A stretch of DNA of 64,000 nucleotides. Source: Squalus acanthias. Taxonomy: Eukaryota. The notes beneath the pieces were generated by a model. The model was not told the DNA's origin, did no database searches, and saw nothing but the letters and a program-made list of their open reading frames with translations. Shown here in pieces: positions 61,062 to 64,000 of the stretch; position 1 is the stretch's first letter, and each line of letters starts with the position of its first letter. Location of the stretch: assembly GCA_030390025.1 (NCBI GenBank), contig CM059425.1:165790001-165854000 (forward strand). The letters are read 5' to 3'. The position numbers and the translations under genes were made by a program.

Positions 61062-61332
61062 TTACCAATCTGAGCCCCGAGAGCGGGAGAGAGAGAAGTA
61101 GAAAATAATCAAAGTGTGACGTCACCAGAAAGCAGGTAAGTGATTGGTTGGTGAGTATTTCTCTTTTTCTCCTTTTTTCCATACTTAAATTCTGTGGTTT
61201 ATAGTTTCTAGAGTCTCTGTGGTGTAGCGGGGACTGCTGTTAAGCAAGGGCCCTTGAGTATATCATTTAATTGAAGTGAAATTGGTGGGATTCAATTAGT
61301 TTAATTTTAATTAATTAATTAAAGGGTAAGTC

Positions 61333-62284
61333 ATGGCAGCAGAGCTCGGCGCCGTGATATGCTCCTCCTGCAATATGTGGGAAATCAGGGACACTTCCTG
61401 TGTCCCTGACGACCATGTGTGTGGGAAATGTATCCAGCTGCAGCTACTGACGGACCGCATTGCGGCACTGGAGCTGCGGATGGATGCATATTGGAGCATT
61501 CGCAACGCTGAGAACGTCGTGAATAACACGTTTAGCGAGTTGGTCACACCGCAGGTAAAGGGTGTACAGGCAGGAAGTGAATGGGTGACCACCAGGCAGA
61601 GTAAGAGGTGCAGGCAGGTAGTGCAGGGGTCCCCTGTGGCCATCCCCCTCTCAAACAGATATACCACTTTGGATGCTGTTGGGGGGGGATGACTTATCAG
61701 GGGAAGGCGGCAGCAGCCAACTTCCTGGCACCATGGGTGGCTCTGCTGCACAGGCTGGGAGGAAAAAGTGTGGAAGAGCTATAGTGATAGGGGACTCAAT
61801 TCTAAGGGGAATAGATAGGCGTTTCTGCAGCCGCAATCGAGACTCCAGGATGGTGTGTTGCCTCCCTGGTGCAAGGGTCAAGGACGTCTCGGAGCGGCTA
61901 CAGAACACTTTGGAGGGGGAGGGCGAACAGCCAGTTGTCGTGGTGCACATAGGCATCAACGATATAGGTAAAAAACGGGATGAGGTCCTAAAAGCAGAAT
62001 ATAGGGAGTTAGGAGGTAAATTAAAAAAGAGGACCTCAAAGGTAGTAATCTCAGGATTGCTACCAGTGCCACGTGCTAGTCAGAGTAGAAATAGGAGGAT
62101 ATTTCAAATGAATACGTGGCTAGAGGAATGGTGCAAGGGGGAGGGATTCAAATTCCTTGGACATTGGAACCGGTTCTGGGGGAGATGGGACCAGTACAAA
62201 CGGGACGGTCTGCACCTGGGCAGGGCCAGGACCGATGTCCTAGGGGGAGTGTTTGCTGGTGCTGTTGGGGAGGGTTTAAACTAA
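61333..62284 (+). CDS. CR1 ORF1 (zinc finger, coiled coil, SGNH esterase); one +1 frameshift in G8 at 61681-61688
   Basis: CSSC...CGKC zinc finger, heptad leucine repeat, IGDSILRG, PGA, HIGINDIG, DGLHL. Confidence 0.85.
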
Positions 62285-62449
62285 AGTGGCAGGGGGTTGG
62301 GAACCTGAGCAGGGAGACAGAGGAAAGGGAAATAAGGATAAAAGCTAAAGACAGGAAGGAGAAAAACAAAAGTAGAAGGCAAAGAACTCAATGGTTTAAA
62401 TCAAACATGGTCACAGTAAATAATAATTCATATAGGTCTGAGAGCGTTA

Positions 62450-64000
62450 AAAAAAACAAGCCTGAAGGCTTTGTGTCTTAATGCAAGGAGCATTCGGAAC
62501 AAGGTGGATGAATTAGCTGCGCAAATAGAGGTAAATGAATACGATTTGATTGGGATTACAGAAACATGGCTCCAGGGTGGCCAAGGCTGGGAACTCAACA
62601 TCCAGGGTTATTCAATATTTAGGAAAGATAGGCAAAAAAGAAAGGGAGGTGGGGTAGCATTGCTGGTTAAAGAGGGGATTAACACAATTGAAAGGAAGGA
62701 TATTAGCTCTGATGATGCGGAATCTGTATGGGTAGAACTGAGAAATAACAAGGGGCAGAAAACGTTAGTGGGAGTGGTATATAGACCTCCAAACAGTAAT
62801 ACGGAGGTTGGGGACGGCATTAAAAGGGAAATTAGAGAAGCATGCAGTAAGGGCACAGCAGTCATCATGGGTGACTTTAATTTACATATAGATTGGGCTA
62901 ACCAAATTAGTAAAAATACTGTGGAGGAGGAATTCCTAGAATGTTTACGAGATGGTTTTCTGGAACAATATGTCGAGGAACCAACCAGAGATCAGGCCAT
63001 CTTAGACTGGGTATTATGCAACGAGAAAGGATTAATTAGCAATCTTGTTGTACGAGGCCCCTTGGGTCAGAGTGATCATAATATGATAGAATTCTTCATT
63101 AGGATGGAGAGTGAAGTAGTTGAATCAGAGACTAGGGTCCTGAATTTAAATAAAGGAAACTACGATGGTATGAGGCGCGAATTGGGTAGGATTGATTGGG
63201 GAATGTCACTCAAGGGGTTGACGGTGGATAGGCAATGGCAAACATTCAAAGACTGCATGGATGAACTACAGAATTTGTACATCCCAGTGTGGCATAAGAA
63301 TAAAACAAAAAGGGTGACTCAACCGTGGCTAACAAGGGAAATTAGGGATAGCATAAGATCCAAGGAGAGGGCATATAAATTGGCCAGAAAAAGCGGTAGC
63401 CCTGAGGATTGGGAGCAGTTTAGGATTCAACAAAGGAGGACAAAGGGATTAATTAAGAAGGGGAAAATAGAATATGAAAGTAAGCTTGCTGGGAACATAA
63501 AAACTGACTGTAAGAGCTTTTATAGATATGTGAAGAGAAAAAGATTAGTGAAATCAAGTGTAGGTCCCTTGCAGTCAGAAGCGGGGGAAGTTATAATGGG
63601 GAACAAAGAAATGGCAGCCCAATTAAATGCATATTTTGGTTCTGTCTTCACAAAGGAGGACACAAATAACCTCCCAGAGATGTTGGAGAACATACGGTCT
63701 GATGAAAGGGAGGAACTGAAAGAAATCAGTATTTGCAGGGAAATGGTGTTAGGGAAATTGACGGTATTGAAGGCCGATAAATCCCCAGGGCCTGATAATC
63801 TACATCCTAGGGTACTTAAGGAAGTGGCCCTAGAAATAGTAGATGCATTGCTGATCATCTTCCAACATTCGATGGAATCTGGAACTGTACCCATGGATTG
63901 GAGGGTAGCTAATGTTACCCCACTATTCAAAAAGGGTGGTAGAGAGAAAGCGGGGAATTACAGACCGGTAAGCCTGACATCGGTAGTGGGGAAAATGCTA
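62450..64000 (+). CDS. CR1 ORF2, partial (AP endonuclease and start of RT)
   Basis: 517 codons with no stop when read by hand: LNARSIRNK, ITETWL, YRPPN, MGDFN, LDWV, SDHNMI, PWL, KSPGPD, NYRPVSLTS. It is missing from the ORF track because it runs off the window. Confidence 0.9.

Larger units (their letters stand above)
60905..64000 (+). mobile_element. Young CR1 LINE with an intact 5' end (continues beyond the window)
   Basis: GC-rich 5' UTR with tandem monomers, ORF1, and ORF2 open to the window end. Confidence 0.95.

Overview
This is repeat-rich vertebrate intronic or intergenic DNA, most likely from a cartilaginous fish (shark). The evidence is the repeat content: abundant CR1 LINEs with an esterase-bearing ORF1, SacSINE1/DeuSINE-type tRNA SINEs, L2 and RTE LINEs, Penelope-type palindromes, and PIF/Harbinger elements with their MITEs. 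Roughly half of the window is transposon-derived, with several nested insertions. No complete host gene is visible; there is one credible 171-nt minus-strand candidate exon (21773-21943) and two weaker ones. The most notable items are: (1) a 219-bp Penelope-like insertion with a 12-bp TSD that is a near-perfect palindrome carrying a minimal hammerhead ribozyme on each strand; (2) a young CR1 at 60905-64000 whose only visible lesions are two +1 homopolymer slips; (3) several Harbinger MITE families with TAA/AWT target sites and internal hairpins, next to three decayed Harbinger transposase/Myb copies; (4) a SINE-LINE chimera; and (5) a CpG-rich, apparently non-repetitive island at about 39.0-39.4 kb. 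I cannot support a claim of a wholly new biological system from this sequence alone. All family assignments are from motif recognition by eye, not database searches, and many element boundaries are approximate.
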